Part shown: one piece after another, positions 22,701-35,071 of the stretch
Position numbering within the stretch: the stretch's first letter is position 1
Layout of the letters: every line of letters begins with the position of its first letter
Source of the DNA: Macrostomum lignano
Lineage: Eukaryota
Direction of reading: 5' to 3'
DNA: 42,055 bases
Assembly: GCA_002269645.1 (NCBI GenBank)
Contig: NIVC01001875.1
Coordinates: 1-42,055, forward strand
Program-made: the position numbers and the translations under genes
The notes under the pieces: model-generated
The model's input: the letters and a program-made list of their open reading frames with translations, nothing else
Databases searched by the model: none
What the model was told of the DNA's origin: nothing

Positions 22701-25700
22701 TCTCAACAAGTCCCGTTTCGGGGTTTTCAAAGCATCTGTTGGACTTTTAAGGCTGTCAACGAGTCCAATTTTTTTGTTTCTCAGTGCATTTGTCGGACTT
22801 TTGAGACTCTGAACGAGCCGATTTTAAGTTTTTCGATGAATCTGTAGGAATTCTGGGACTCTCAACGACTTGTGTTCTTAGTTTCTAACAGCAGTTTCAA
22901 ATACCGGTAGCTCGCAGTACGGCTCTTAACGTTATCATTACGTCAGTTTCTCTACTTTTGGGCTCTCGGCCCTATTTCTAGGAAAGTTGTATTAGTATTT
23001 TATAGTTCTGACTCCAAAACGACAAATGATGAAAGGCTCATTTTAAAACATTATTTTCGCAGCTTAAAATTCAGAATGAATCCCTCTTTCTCTTTTAAAT
23101 TTTTTTCTAAACAGGTTGGTATCAAAGAGACCGTCAGCAGGCGCGAGAACCGGCCCAATACGGTTAGTAGAGAACCTCAAAAACAGCCGCAAGCCGTGAA
23201 CGGATCCGGCCCTAACTCAACCAGTCTGTTAATAAAGCTGATCAAAGCCACCGGACTCAAGCCCGGCATTAACGCTATGCCGCTTAATCCGTTTGCATGC
23301 GTTGAGCTGGACGAGCCTTATCAACGTCACGTGACTGGCAGCGTGTACGGCTCCGCGAATCCCTATTGGGATCAGAGCTACATGCTGTGAGTGGCTTAAA
23401 CAGTTGGGGGTAGTCAGCCATATTTGGAGTCGGATTTATTTATAGTCGCATAGGGAGCCATTTAAGGTGAGGCATTAGAATAACTTATCATAACATTTCC
23501 ATCGCCAGAGCAAACATCAACTTGTTCTCGAATGCATAGAAATTTTATCGACTCCAAACTGAGCTTTGTGTAGCAACAAATCTGCAGTGTATTATTTATA
23601 CTTGAATCGAGGAAATTATTCATGTAGTAAATAGTAGTCCTCAAAATAGAATATGACTGGCAACCCAACAATCACAGGACGCTATAACCATGACAGACTC
23701 GCACACATACATGTAAATTAGTACTGACATAATTTCTTCATTCTGAACCCCATCGCAGAGACCTGACGCCTCAGTCCAAGCGTCTATCGCTTCACGTATT
23801 CGACCGAACCAACCAATCCGATTTACTGCTCGGCTCGGCCAGCATCCTTCTCGACGACCTACCGTCCCAGGGGGCCCGCGTCATCCAGCCGCTTCGAATG
23901 CCGCGACGCGACACAGCCGCCTCGTCGTCGGTTCAACCGCCAACGTTGACCGCTGAATTACTCTTCGTATCAGCGGCAGCTCCTTCCACAATGGCGGGGA
24001 ACAGCAGCGGTAGCAACAGCAACAGGTTCGCAGGACCTCGAGCGGCCAGTGTGTCTAGCGTATCCGCAGAGTCGGCTGTTACAGTCGTTCACGTGTCTCC
24101 CAACAGCGCGCATCGTAGCTCAGGCGTCGGCTCGTCGCCGGAATCGGACGAGTCAATGGTCGTTTTGACTTCGTTGGAAGCGGCAAAGTCAAGGACGACG
24201 CCAGCTGCGGCGTCTGCCGACCAACTGGAACAGCAGCAGCAACAGTCAGGAAAGAAACAGAAAACTGACGGGACCAGTGAGTGTTTAGTTAATAATTTTG
24301 AATATAGTGAACGAGGCAAAGCAGATCCCCCGTCCCTGAGCAAACATGCACACACAGGTGCGTACGCAAGCACACTCTCACATATGGGTGTACAAAACAT
24401 CTTGTCGGATTCCGGCATAAAAAAACTTATGTGGACTGTTTGTCAAGCATCGTCCTCTAGATCGTAATTTTTTTGCTTTTAAATCTTATGTGGTCCGAAG
24501 GTTGGACGAACTGCAAGCTGCTGCAATATTTTGCAGCGACAAAATAATCCATCCATCGCGATAAATGTTTAAATTCCAGGTCGACGTCAATCAATGAGTG
24601 TGACACAGTTATAAATACATTAAAAATAAATTCAGTGGCCTAGGCAGGGCATAACCCCTTAAAAAGCGCTTCTCCAAAAGCTTTTGTCACCTCTCGGACG
24701 AGGCCACAAACTGGCTTAGGAGTCAAAGATAGAGACGCTCACAGAGAGGCTGGGCGCCTACCTCTAGGAGATGAAGAGCTAGTATTTCGTTAATTTTATT
24801 AACAATCGATGAAACAAGCCGCGCTAAACAACAACAACAACAACAGGCATTCGTAGGCAGGCCTCGTTGCCAAAGACTGTGCACTTCAGCGAACCGTCGT
24901 CGCTGAACAGGGTCAGTTCCGTTGCTGGACCGAGTGGCGGCACCAAGTCAGCTCGAGAAGCTGCTACAGCCGCGGAAGCCGCGGTGCCAGCTGCTCAGGA
25001 AGAGACGTCTAGCAATGCAGAGAAATCTGCATGGAAGCAGTCGGTTAAACGCTTCCTAGATCGGTCCTGTAGGTCGCACTTCCTATGCCAGTGAAAGCTA
25101 CTGATTAAGTAGCAAAATATGCGAATTTTGTCTGAATTTACAGCTTTCTGGAGGAGTAGATTTTCTTATTTTAAAATCAACTTTAATTCCTTGGTGCTTG
25201 GAAGCAGGTTCGCGACCGGATGTCTAATTCGTTGAAAATTGATTGTGGTTTCCACTTAAAATTCGAAAATCTTCCACAAACAAACACCTAGAGAACTGAT
25301 AGAATGTACATGTACTAAATTAAGCTTATAAGTACCTCATAAGTTTACTCGTTAGTTTAATTCTAGGAGCACTTTTTACAGCTTTGGTGACTTTTTGAGC
25401 TTCATCTGCTTTTATTATTATATAGTTGCCTCTGCTATTGCCAAACTTTCTCTGCTTGTTGCATGTAAAAATGTGATACATGTAAATCAACAACAGACTG
25501 AAGAGTTCCCATTTCAAACAATCCAAACAGATTCTTCACTGTCCCGTACTGTCGACGAGTTCATGAAGTCAACGGACGTCTCCTACCAGCCGATGAGTTC
25601 AACGGACAGCGCCGCGAGTCAGCAGCAGCAGCAACCATCGTTCTCTGGCGTGGCTGATTCGCCGCCTAAAAAGCCACCACCAATTCCGCTTCATCATGGC

Positions 25701-28700
25701 CAATTAGTTAGCGAAAGCTTCCCGCCAGGTAAGCAACAGTTTACCCGGTTTGAATTTAACCTACCTGCTTACTTTCTGAAGTAATATTAACGTTAAACAG
25801 GTGTGAAAATTTAGATTAAAAATATTACCTATCATTTACTATCACTACTATCAGGGTAGTTTCTTAAAGTACGAGTATCAATAATTTATTTCAGCTGCAC
25901 AACTTCGGTAAAATGCTTTAGCTTCATACATACAGTGAATACAGTGAGGGACAGTGAATAACTGTTTTCGTTGTAACTATTCGACCTTCAAAGAGATACT
26001 CGAAAATTCTAAAAAAATGAAGATATATTTTCGTTTTTAGTCTGTTTATTTTCGTAGTTTCGTTCAATTTATTTTTTATAACATTGCATTAGACGCTAAT
26101 AATTTGCTTTACTTATAATGACTAAAAGAATATTTTTCGTTTTACTTAACTGTTTTATTATACATTTAGTAGCTGTAGTCTTTAACATGCTCAAACAAGC
26201 AATTGTTTGAAATTAAAAGAAATTTTCTTATATTCAACTGAATGAACCAGGGGCGTCGCCATGGATTTTATGGTGGGGGGATAAAGCCAAGAATTCAACA
26301 TGTTCATGAATAAATTCCTACACTAAATTTCCATTATTTTGAGAATCGTGCTGTCAGCGCTCATTTTTGCGTCAAGAGCGCTCTATTTTGGCACCCTAAC
26401 CCAGTGGCGACCCGCCTGGAATAAACAGTTATGAAATTAAATGTTCGCTTGGTCATTCGCACGTACATACTGTTAAAACAAAACACACGCATACGCTTGT
26501 AACACAACAATAAAGATGACGCGGAGCCGTTGTACGTGACAGTTGAGACTCTAGTTGTGCCGCAGCTGCCAGCAGCCAACGCTCAGGCCGTAAGCTTAAG
26601 ACCTGCACGCAAAGCAATGGGAAACAATTATCTGGGATAATTTCTTGTTATACTATACATAGTTACTGTTTTCTTTCGCTTTTTGGCATTCCGGGATTTT
26701 ATGGGTGAATGCGCCGTTCAATATTTGGTTTGCTGCATGAAAAAAACACCTTTAGAATAAACAGATTTAGATATCAACTCTCGTCTTATTGCTTTACGAA
26801 TCTTGCTTTTTGTTTTACTAATATCTAAGCGTACGAACTTTGCTCAGGAATTTTTTGTGGCATTATGCATATATGCATTATGCATTATACTATTGTCTAT
26901 CAAAAATCAGTAAAATATTATTAATGTATTAAGATCAGTTATACTCTATATACTGTTTCAAGTAAGTTATATAATTATGCATTGAATTATCTTGCTCGTT
27001 TGTTGTCAAAAAATATGTTTAATATTTTCTATATTCGGCTAAAATTACGCAGACTCCCATGAAAATCAAGGCGAAAATTCCATGGCCTCTCTGGCCTCAA
27101 CCGGTGACAATCAACTGGAAATGGACTTCACACAGAGTCTGCCAGTGCTAAATATGGTGCGCAGATTTGGAAACCAAAGACAGACTCGAAAAATCACATA
27201 GTTTTTTAAACAGTATAACAAATTCAACTAATTAAAACAAAAAATTACTACATCAAAAATACTGAAAAAACGTTATAAATTTTATGCTATTGACAATAAT
27301 TTTGTAGAAAGAGAGCGTTGCACACTGAACTTAAAAAGTAATTTAGAAAATATTAAAACGATAACATGAAAAATAGTATTCAAGAGTGCAGCGCCCTCTT
27401 TAATTTACTGGACTAATTCACAAATCGTCCTTAAAACCTGTTGATTGTACATACCATACCTGAAATTATTGCATGTACACGTATAATCTCATTTATTACA
27501 TCTAGATACTTTGGTTGCGGTTATAATTAACAGCTACACAGGTTATTACATGTGCGGCTATTTCTTTTTTCTAAAATGGTCAAAATCCAAGTTTTGTGGG
27601 AATGGTTTGTTCGAAATTTGCGTCGCTTATATTAATTATTGCCTACAGTGTATTTGATTTGATGATTGCTATGATTTGAATATTATATAGTTTGCACGAT
27701 AATACCGTGGCTACATGCCGACTTATTCCATACCCTGCAGTGAATTGGAGTGCCTGCTCACAATCATTAGGCAGACTCAATCTGTCGGTAAGACATGATT
27801 TAACCAAGCTCAGAGAAGGCCGACCAAACCCATTTTTAAATTGGACATTTACTTTCTTATTGTCACGATGTTTGTATTGAATACTATCAGAAGTTTCCTG
27901 ACCTTCTGTCACCCTTGTCAATCTTTATAAACTGTTGTCCTTCAGAGCTTATAGAGTCACCTAGGAGAGTTACAATGTTTGCTTGCTATGTACAATGTCT
28001 GCTCAGAAAAAATGCAAAACAAGTAATTATCCATGTAGTCACAAATGTGAACGTGTGCTGTCCTTGATCATAGAAGTACATTCATATGTATCGAAAGACA
28101 AAACGATCAGAATAAAAACACGTAGTTTTATTGCATACTTTTTCAGATTCCCGGCGAAGACGATGGTCGCGGTACAACAAAATCGAAAGGTGATTATTCT
28201 GTTGGTCAATTTGGTCATTTGGGATTTTGATAACTATCATTTCAAATCCTCAACCCTACGTAGGCAAGAAAGCGTCCCGATCTGGCAGTTTTGCCAGTCG
28301 GTTCCGCCGAGTGTTCCGTGGTCCCGACCGGAAGTCAACTGGAAAACAACAGCAACAACAGCAGCAGCAACAGCCGCAGCAACAACGTTCGCCAAGCATA
28401 GACCAGGTGTTCTCAGATGAAAGCTACTACGCCCAGCAGCCTGGTACTAGCGGCTACTCAATTCAGCCCTACAGCTACGGAGACGGTTATCAGCAGCAAC
28501 CGATTCAGGCGAATCCTCCTCCTACCGACGAATTCGGCAGCGGGCAGCGCAGAAATCGCAGTCTCAGCAGCAGCCTGCGTCGGCTCTTCACAGGCGGTGG
28601 CAAAAAGAAAAAGAGACAGCGAGCTGAATCAGGTAAGGTCATAGACATTTACAGATATTGCATCTGTGTCCAGCATAGCCGAGTGAGGCCATAGACATTT

Positions 28701-30091
28701 ACAGATATTGCAGCTGCGTCCAGCATAGCCGAGTGAGGCCATAGACATTTACAGATATTGCAGCTGTGTCCAGCATAGCCGAGTGAGGCCATAGACATTT
28801 ACAGATATTGCAGCTGCGTCCAGCTTAGCCGAGTGAGGCCATAGACATTTACAGATATTGCAGCTGTGTCCAGCATAGCCGAGTGAGGCCATAGACATTT
28901 ACAGATATTGCAGCTGCGTCCAGCTTAGCCGAGTGAGGTCATAGACATTTACAGATATTGCAGCTGTGTCCAGCATAGCCGAGTGAGGCCATAGACATTT
29001 ACAGATATTGCAGCTGCGTCCAGCTTAGCCGAGTGAGGCCATAGACATTTACAGATATTGCAGCTGTGTCCAGCATAGCCGAGTGAGGCCATAGACATTT
29101 ACAGATATTGCAGCTGTGTCCAGCATAGCCCGAGTGAGGCCATAGACATTTACAGATATTGCAGCTGTGTCCAGCATAGCCGAGTGAGGCCATAGACATT
29201 TGCAGATACTGCAGCTGTGTTCAGTCTATTCGAGTGAGGCCATAGACATTTGCAGATGTTTCAGCAGCTGTGTCCAGCCTAGTTGCTTAAGTTGGACAAA
29301 AATTTCTTTGTGACTTCGAATTCGTAGGACCTGTGCCAGTATTTGGATACCCAACTGGCCAAATTCCATTGATGAGACCAACAGGTAAATTGCTTGGCTA
29401 TTAAATCTGCAGATCTCGTATGATGCCATTCTGGGATCTTGCATGTATTGTTCAATTACGATTTTTTATACAAAATATCGTTTATGCACATTCTTTGCTA
29501 TAATCTGCATGTAAGCTTTTCATATTTAGCAAATGATGAAATGAATGAACTATAGCTCTCACCTTTTTGAGACATTATCGCCTTTACAAGCTAAAACATA
29601 TGCAATGCAGTATAACAAATGAGATCTGTTTACTCTGTTTCGAGTTAAATGCCCATGAATATGCTGTGTGTGCAAAAAACTCATTGAAAAAAACCATTCC
29701 CAGGTCAAAAAGACTTTTACGATCCCATTTAGATGCAACAGACCGCCACCTACCCCATTTATCTCAGGTCACACAGACCGACACCCACCCTATCCATCTC
29801 AGATCAAACAGACCGACATCAACCCCATCTCAGATCAAACAGACCGACACCCAACCCCATCTGAGATCAAACAGACCGCGAAACACACCCCATCTCAGAT
29901 CGAACAGACCGAGACCCAACCCCATCTCAGATCAAACAGACCGACATCAACCCCATCCGAGATGAACTTGCATGCACTTGTCTCACTTTGCAGAGACTCG
30001 ACAGCAGTATTCAAGTGGGCAGCAACAGCAACAGGCCGCATCAAGCAAGTCTGGTCGAGATGGCGGCTGGAATAGCGAGGAGATTCTGTAA
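10955..30091 (+). CDS. C2CD2L: C2CD2L/TMEM24-C2CD2 family ER-anchored SMP + C2 domain phospholipid transfer protein, ~991 aa, 12 exons
   Basis: Phase-consistent GT-AG exons: 10955-11428, 18096-18185, 20316-20414, 21228-21716, 23115-23386, 23759-24276, 24847-25068, 25531-25728, 27053-27156, 28147-28189, 28264-28632, 29994-30091. The protein has an N-terminal TM (LLFVGWCLFGILAVVIINFI), an SMP start (ESCCWLNTLVAWL..WLSALN, then SLVFEDIIVGDTPPEIVSV) and a C2 domain (LLIKLIKATGL..CVELDEPYQRHVT..PYWDQSYMLDLTPQSKRLSLHVFD..LLGSASI). It ends in a low-complexity basic tail. The 3' exons are less certain than the domain exons. Confidence 0.85.
11570..13547. repeat. 20-bp minisatellite (ggttcatcaagtttgattcc), ~100 copies, intron 1
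   Basis: Near-perfect 20-bp period. Confidence 0.97.
14470..14987. mobile_element. hAT-type MITE carrying an internal 21-bp tandem array (14585-14830)
   Basis: TIR caggggcgtcgcca / tggcgacgccccta. 8-bp TSD tggactac at 14462-14469 and 14988-14995. Confidence 0.85.
15040..15232. repeat. Degenerate ~190-bp interspersed repeat (probable MITE), copy 1; a second copy in opposite orientation lies at ~16133-16310
   Basis: gcatttagt...gagaacgcatagc...ttaatg.ggttt.gccatagacaa..cggt.gag matches the reverse complement of 16158-16228. Both loci start tcttagagatgag. Confidence 0.6.
15112..15154. mobile_element. 43-bp TIR mini-element with a 7-bp target duplication
   Basis: cagggaaacctctatg / catagaagcttccttg (13/16 inverted match), flanked by gcatagc on both sides. 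The paralogous repeat at ~16195-16205 has a single gcatagc and no insert. Confidence 0.7.
16685..16736. repeat. (GA)n microsatellite
   Basis: Pure GA run. Confidence 0.97.
17091..17170. repeat. 20-bp tandem repeat (tgtggtgtcttatatcctga), ~4 copies
   Basis: Direct inspection. Confidence 0.85.
17248..17740. repeat. 24-bp minisatellite (agtagcttccatcctgaggtggta) with 20-bp deletion variants
   Basis: The period gives the SGWKLLTT and MEATYHLR ORF artefacts. Confidence 0.95.
18358..20180. repeat. 16-bp minisatellite (gggtggttgagacact), >100 copies, intron 2
   Basis: Near-perfect 16-bp period. A ggacggttaag variant is confined to the 3' part. Confidence 0.97.
20923..21160. repeat. 33-bp tandem repeat with two alternating variants, centred on ggtacc
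   Basis: tcaagtagattgatgcggtaccgcattgattag alternates with tgaagtagatcgatttggtacctcatcgattag. Confidence 0.85.
22659..22875. repeat. Old, degenerate ~40-55-bp tandem repeat
   Basis: Five recurrences of a ggctctcaacgagtcc-like core. Confidence 0.6.
26248..26418. mobile_element. hAT-type MITE, short array-less copy of the 14470 family
   Basis: Starts caggggcgtcgccatggattttatggtggggg, identical to 14470, and ends tggcgacccgcctg. Flanks gaatgaac / gaataaac (7/8 TSD). Confidence 0.8.
28633..29270. repeat. 50-bp minisatellite starting at a splice donor, ~12 copies, alternating A/B units
   Basis: gagtgaggccatagacatttacagatattgcagctgtgtccagcatagcc recurs at 28681, 28731, 28781 and onward. Confidence 0.95.
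29720..29962. repeat. ~32-bp minisatellite (aaccccatctcagatcaaacagaccgacaccc)
   Basis: Period of 31-33 bp. Confidence 0.9.
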
Positions 30092-32425
30092 TGCCGACAG
30101 CGTTAATCTCGAACAAGTTTCGCGGGCGCCCTTTATTGTGACTCAGTTTTGAATTCGATGCTGTTTAAGCCGATTAATTATAAGTTCAAACAAACGCTAT
30201 TGATAGCTTAATTTAGACTGAAAGTTACTAACTGGCTTTTGATTAAATCGAATTCAAAGAACATCAAGAACGAAATTATAATGTCAATTGATTTTGCATT
30301 GCTCAGCCTGCATGCATGCTGTCATTCCTGACGCACTGACCACAGTTTGTAATTGTATGTAATCCCAGTTTTAAATTCTCATTTTTTCTACTTTGTGAAC
30401 CATTGTACTTTTAAAATTAAAGTGTGCAATATTTTAATAGTTTGTACAATAGAAAGTCCGTTGTGTATTTTTATTTACTTTGAATTTAGCCTCTGTTCGT
30501 AATTGTTTTCGATGTTTAGGATCGTATTATAGGACAGTTCAATGTTCAATGATTATTCCGTTCGTTTCGGTGAGTAAATGCAAATTTATCATTAGCTTAA
30601 TTTGCTGTTAATTACTGTTTATTCTTAATTGACAGTTGTTCAATCTTTTAGTCTCAGTCATAGACTTACTTCAAGTCCTGTTGGCATACTCAGATTTCAA
30701 AGTACGTAATTATTGCTGTTTTTCGAGTTTTTCGGTTCTTTCGTTTGAAAGAAAAACAAACCAGAGCCTTTTCTAAAATTTGTTTAAAGGACCACTGATA
30801 GCAAACGAAGCTAATGCATCCCTGAAAACTGATTCAAATTTAATTGAAACCCATTTTTTCGTGATAGGAATGTTTTACTTTATAATTAGCTCAAAAATTA
30901 AGTTGGTAAGTATTTCAACATATATTGTTGTTTCATTTTAGTAAAGTTTAATTTATTTTATTATACGAGCTCGTGCAATAATTGTTGTAAGTTAATTATT
31001 GTTTTTATTACAATTATTCTTCATTTTCAAAATGCATTAGCATTATCTACACTAGTTAAAAGGGCGATCACCACAGGCAACTTTCCAAACCGGAATAGTC
31101 AATAATAATTTCTTTAATAGCTATCTGAAATAATTATAGTAAAAATCTTGGATATAATTTGCGATTAGAGTTGCAGTTTTGTTGTAAATTTTTTTGCTGG
31201 TAAAAAGTCAATTTCGTGCTGAAAACGGAGAAATTCTTTTTTGATTTGCAATTTACTTGAGAGCAAAATCCGGCCTTCAAAGAATTGTATCAGTCTGGTG
31301 TTAACTATACGTCTCGTTTATTATCAGTGGTTCTATATTGTTTTTTGTTTCGATTTGTTTTAGCTAGCTAGAAATCGTTTTTACGATAGCTAGAATTCGT
31401 TTATTAGATCTTATGTTTCTCGATTCTCAACTTGCTATAATTTGGACAATTTTTTAATTATGACCTACTGACGTCAGCTACACACAGATCAAGCACATAT
31501 CAAGCATACATTGTGGTGTAGCTATATCATGATTCTTAAACTTGTATGACAAATTTTCATGACAAACTTAAAGTCTTGAGATCCACACGCAGTCTATCGA
31601 AGCGAGTTTTTGGAGTAGTATTTGTTGTTGGACGATCTTTGTCGTAAACTTTTTAGTAAACAAAAATACTTGCTTTGATGTTTAACGCCATGTCGCCAGG
31701 ACAAATAACTATACGTGCTTCCTGTGAATCGCAAGAAAGCATACTTGTGTAAATAGTTCCACGTTGATTTGCAAATTTATTCACGCGCACATTAAATATA
31801 CTACTGCCTTATTTTGGTCGGATAAGTAGGCCATGCAGGGCCTGTCTGAAATTATTTTCTATATTTTTCATTTATGTATTAATTTTTTAGCTAGCCAAAC
31901 GACTAATTTGCTAATAGATAAAGTTTAAAAATGTTGAAATCAAATTAATGTTTCCGATATTTGGATATTATTAATATAGCTATAATCAAATTTTGGGTTG
32001 AAAAACATGATTTGCTTCTAGAATTGGAACATCCGAAAACAATGTAATCACAACTAAAATTACAAGTAGCTCGTAGAATAGGAGACAAGAAATTCAGAGA
32101 AATGTTTTGGCTAAACAGCATTTCTGTTTGAATTGTTTTAAATAAATCCAATTTAAATTAACGCCAAACGTTGATCCATGTAAATGTCAAACACTTTTTT
32201 TTTCTCCATTAAAACAATGTTTGCAGATTTCATAGATCATTATAAAAGTGTTTATATGCGCTTAACCGTCCTTTAAAAATGTTTACCATTTGGCACGAAT
32301 TTGAATTCTGTAGACAAACGCCCGGCCATTTTTGTTAACGAAAAATGTGAAATTTTTACTCATTCATTGCCTTGCCAATAAAAACTTTCAGCCTTTGGCA
32401 TGCTGCACAAGCATCTAAAACTGAC

Positions 32426-33845
32426 ATGGACCTCCTTCTCACAGCCCTGCCAGCTCCATCTTATTCTTTGAAGCCGTCTCAGAATCCTGCGGAGCCTCAT
32501 CATCATCATCATAATCATCGTCAACGCAAATCGCAACGCCGTCGTCAGCGTCGACGCCAATCGGTGAGCATCGACAATTCTCGATTGATCGAATCGAATC
32601 GTCGGCAGCCTAACGATGCCTCTGCTAGACGTCTGTCAGATGCTGCTTGTGAAAGTCTGCATCAGCCAGTTCGTCTGCGGCAGCAACAGCAAAAGCAACA
32701 GCAGCAGCAATCAAACAATAAAGGTCGAACTGTGTACTATTCATTGCGACAAACTGAATCTCTGGTCGACTGCGGCGTCAACGTTCCCGGCGCTCCGCCA
32801 GCTACACCGTTGCCAATTGAAAATCCCGGATTAAAATACGTGCTCAGCATGCAGGACACGAAGGTGAAGATTTGGGATGGCGTATTTTATTGTTGGATTA
32901 TATCATCATTTAGATACACACAAGCTACATTTGTACGTCATTTTCTTAACTTATGCATAGTCAAACAAAGATTGTGCTTATTTTTTCGAGAAAATTTTGT
33001 TTTATGTCAAAACCAACACACCTGACATGTCGCATTCATAGCAGAATACTAGAGTAACTTGCACCGTTCGGCATTAAAGAATGTAGGTTAAAAAACTATT
33101 TTCACTTTTTGGATTGTAGGTAGCACAATAGAGTACCCTATCGAGTGTTTTAAATTAAACAAATCGATCAATCAATCAATCAATTATTATAGATTGATTA
33201 AGTAACCAATTCACAAAATTAATCTATAAATCAATCAATCGATCAGGCAACAATCAAACAACAAAATCAATTAATCGATCGATTAAACGATCAGTCAATT
33301 AATCAGCCAAAACAATCCATAAATCAAAAAACCAACCAATCAATCAACCAGTCGATAAAGTAATCGATAGATCAACTAATCAATCAATAAAATCAATTAA
33401 TCGATCGATCAAACCATCAATCAAGCAATCAAATAATCAATCAACAAACCAATCAATCAACTCCAGTCAAAACGCGAGCTGTCACTGAGACTAACGGAGA
33501 TTCGGGACAAGCGCAAGGACAATGCTATCCGGTCGGATTTGAAGGCTCAGCTAGAGGAAAGAGAACGAGAGCAAGCTCGACTCGCACAATTGCGAGTTGA
33601 GCAGAGAAATCGGGTAAATGCCCTTCATACTGTTTATAGTAGAGTTTAGCGAAAATTGCTGTCTAAATTTGCAAATGTTCTTGAAACACCATTCGAATTT
33701 AATTGATTAAACTGTCAGAAATCTAAGCTTTGGGAGTCATTCATGTAGCCTTTCCAAATTTCAGATATACGCGCTGAACAAACTGATGACTGAGTTGGAG
33801 CTGACCGATTTTAAAACATTTCGCGCATCGAAGGAAGCCAACTGA
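32426..33845 (+). CDS. SVBP: 221-aa protein with a C-terminal SVBP/CCDC23-like helix
   Basis: Exons 32426-32863, 33467-33613 and 33765-33845, all phase 0. The spliced end QRNR|IYALNKLMTELELTDFKTF aligns with human SVBP [23 protein letters not shown] (14/23 identities). The start ATG is inferred; an upstream acceptor lies at 32391. Confidence 0.75.
33165..33460. repeat. Degenerate (ATCA)n/(ATCG)n microsatellite-like tract in an intron
   Basis: Runs of aatcaatc and atcgatc. Confidence 0.8.
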
Positions 33846-35071
33846 CGATCACGACAACAATGACCATAGTTGATCAGTTTAAAGGCTGTAATTTCTGCAT
33901 TATGCATTAGAAATTTAGTTTGTTTGCAACAATAATATATTTTCTAAGGATTATTTTTCTTACTTACCAACAAAAGATATAAACATATGGAAATAGGCAT
34001 ATATTAAAAATATTTTTTTGTCTAACAACTAACCCTAAAAAGCAAGCTGACAAAAATTCGAAGCATTGTTTAGGTTCAAAAATGGAAAATTTTTGCTTTA
34101 ATGCATAAAGCACGTAAATAATCTTATCTCGTCAATGTTTTTCCATGAAATTTGTAACTTTGTGCTCTTTGAATCGATTTAAACAAACTTCCTTTTCTAT
34201 TTTCTAATGTTATCATTGTGTAGGAAATCACCTTTGTTATTTTTTTACTCAATTTTATAACAAACCTTTCTCACTTGCTTATCAGCAGCTATAAGAAAAT
34301 GCCTGTCTGTAATGAACAGTGGCCTTCAGTAACAGCTTATATTTCGTTTTTTAGCAGATAAACTGACTAAGTTATGAAATTTCTTTTATTATCAGCTAGC
34401 TTAGAACGATGCATTTTTTATTTTCTATTTCGCATGTTTTACTTAAAAGCTTTCGATTTGTGTTAAAATTGTTGTAAATTTCGTAGATTTTCTTTTACTC
34501 GTTAAAAAGCGTTATTAAATAAATTGAATGATTTTCAAATATAGAACAAATTCCAATTCACTTTTCATATGCAAAAGCAAATCAATGAAGTCTAAAATAA
34601 TTTGGGTTTTTGTCTTGTCAAGAGCATCACGGCTTCAGTAAGCTAATAGTTGCGTGTATTGAAATACGTTTTTTCAGGTGCTCAAATTCAACACTCAGTT
34701 TGCGATGCTGAGAACGAAAAAAACACAAATAATTTAACAACAACAGCTTGATGATGATGAGGTATCATTTTGGAATGTCGGAACCACTATGTTGATCTAC
34801 AGAGCTGAGCTTACATAGGATCGGTTTGGTGTTTAATATATATTATGCCTATCGATAGTTTCGAAACGGTTCTTCAATCCCAGGTCAGTATTTACAATCA
34901 ATCGCCTCTGAAAACCTTCGATAAGGAGGACCGGTTTTCGCCGCAAAACGCAAGATATCAGTTTAGTATATCGCTTTCTTCCTTCGCTTTCTAGCCAATG
35001 AATTCTTAATTGCCATAACTGGATTAGCTGATTAAGTTTTAATACGCCTTGCAGCTCTGGATCAAAATATT

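Noticed and set aside
31469-31476. Perfect CRE palindrome TGACGTCA about 950 bp upstream of the SVBP-like ATG
   Set aside because: A single 8-mer has roughly even odds of occurring by chance in 42 kb, and the TSS is unknown.
32372-32425. ORF-track starts at 32372 and 10892
   Set aside because: Both are TTG codons. Downstream ATGs (32426, 10955) are the plausible eukaryotic starts.
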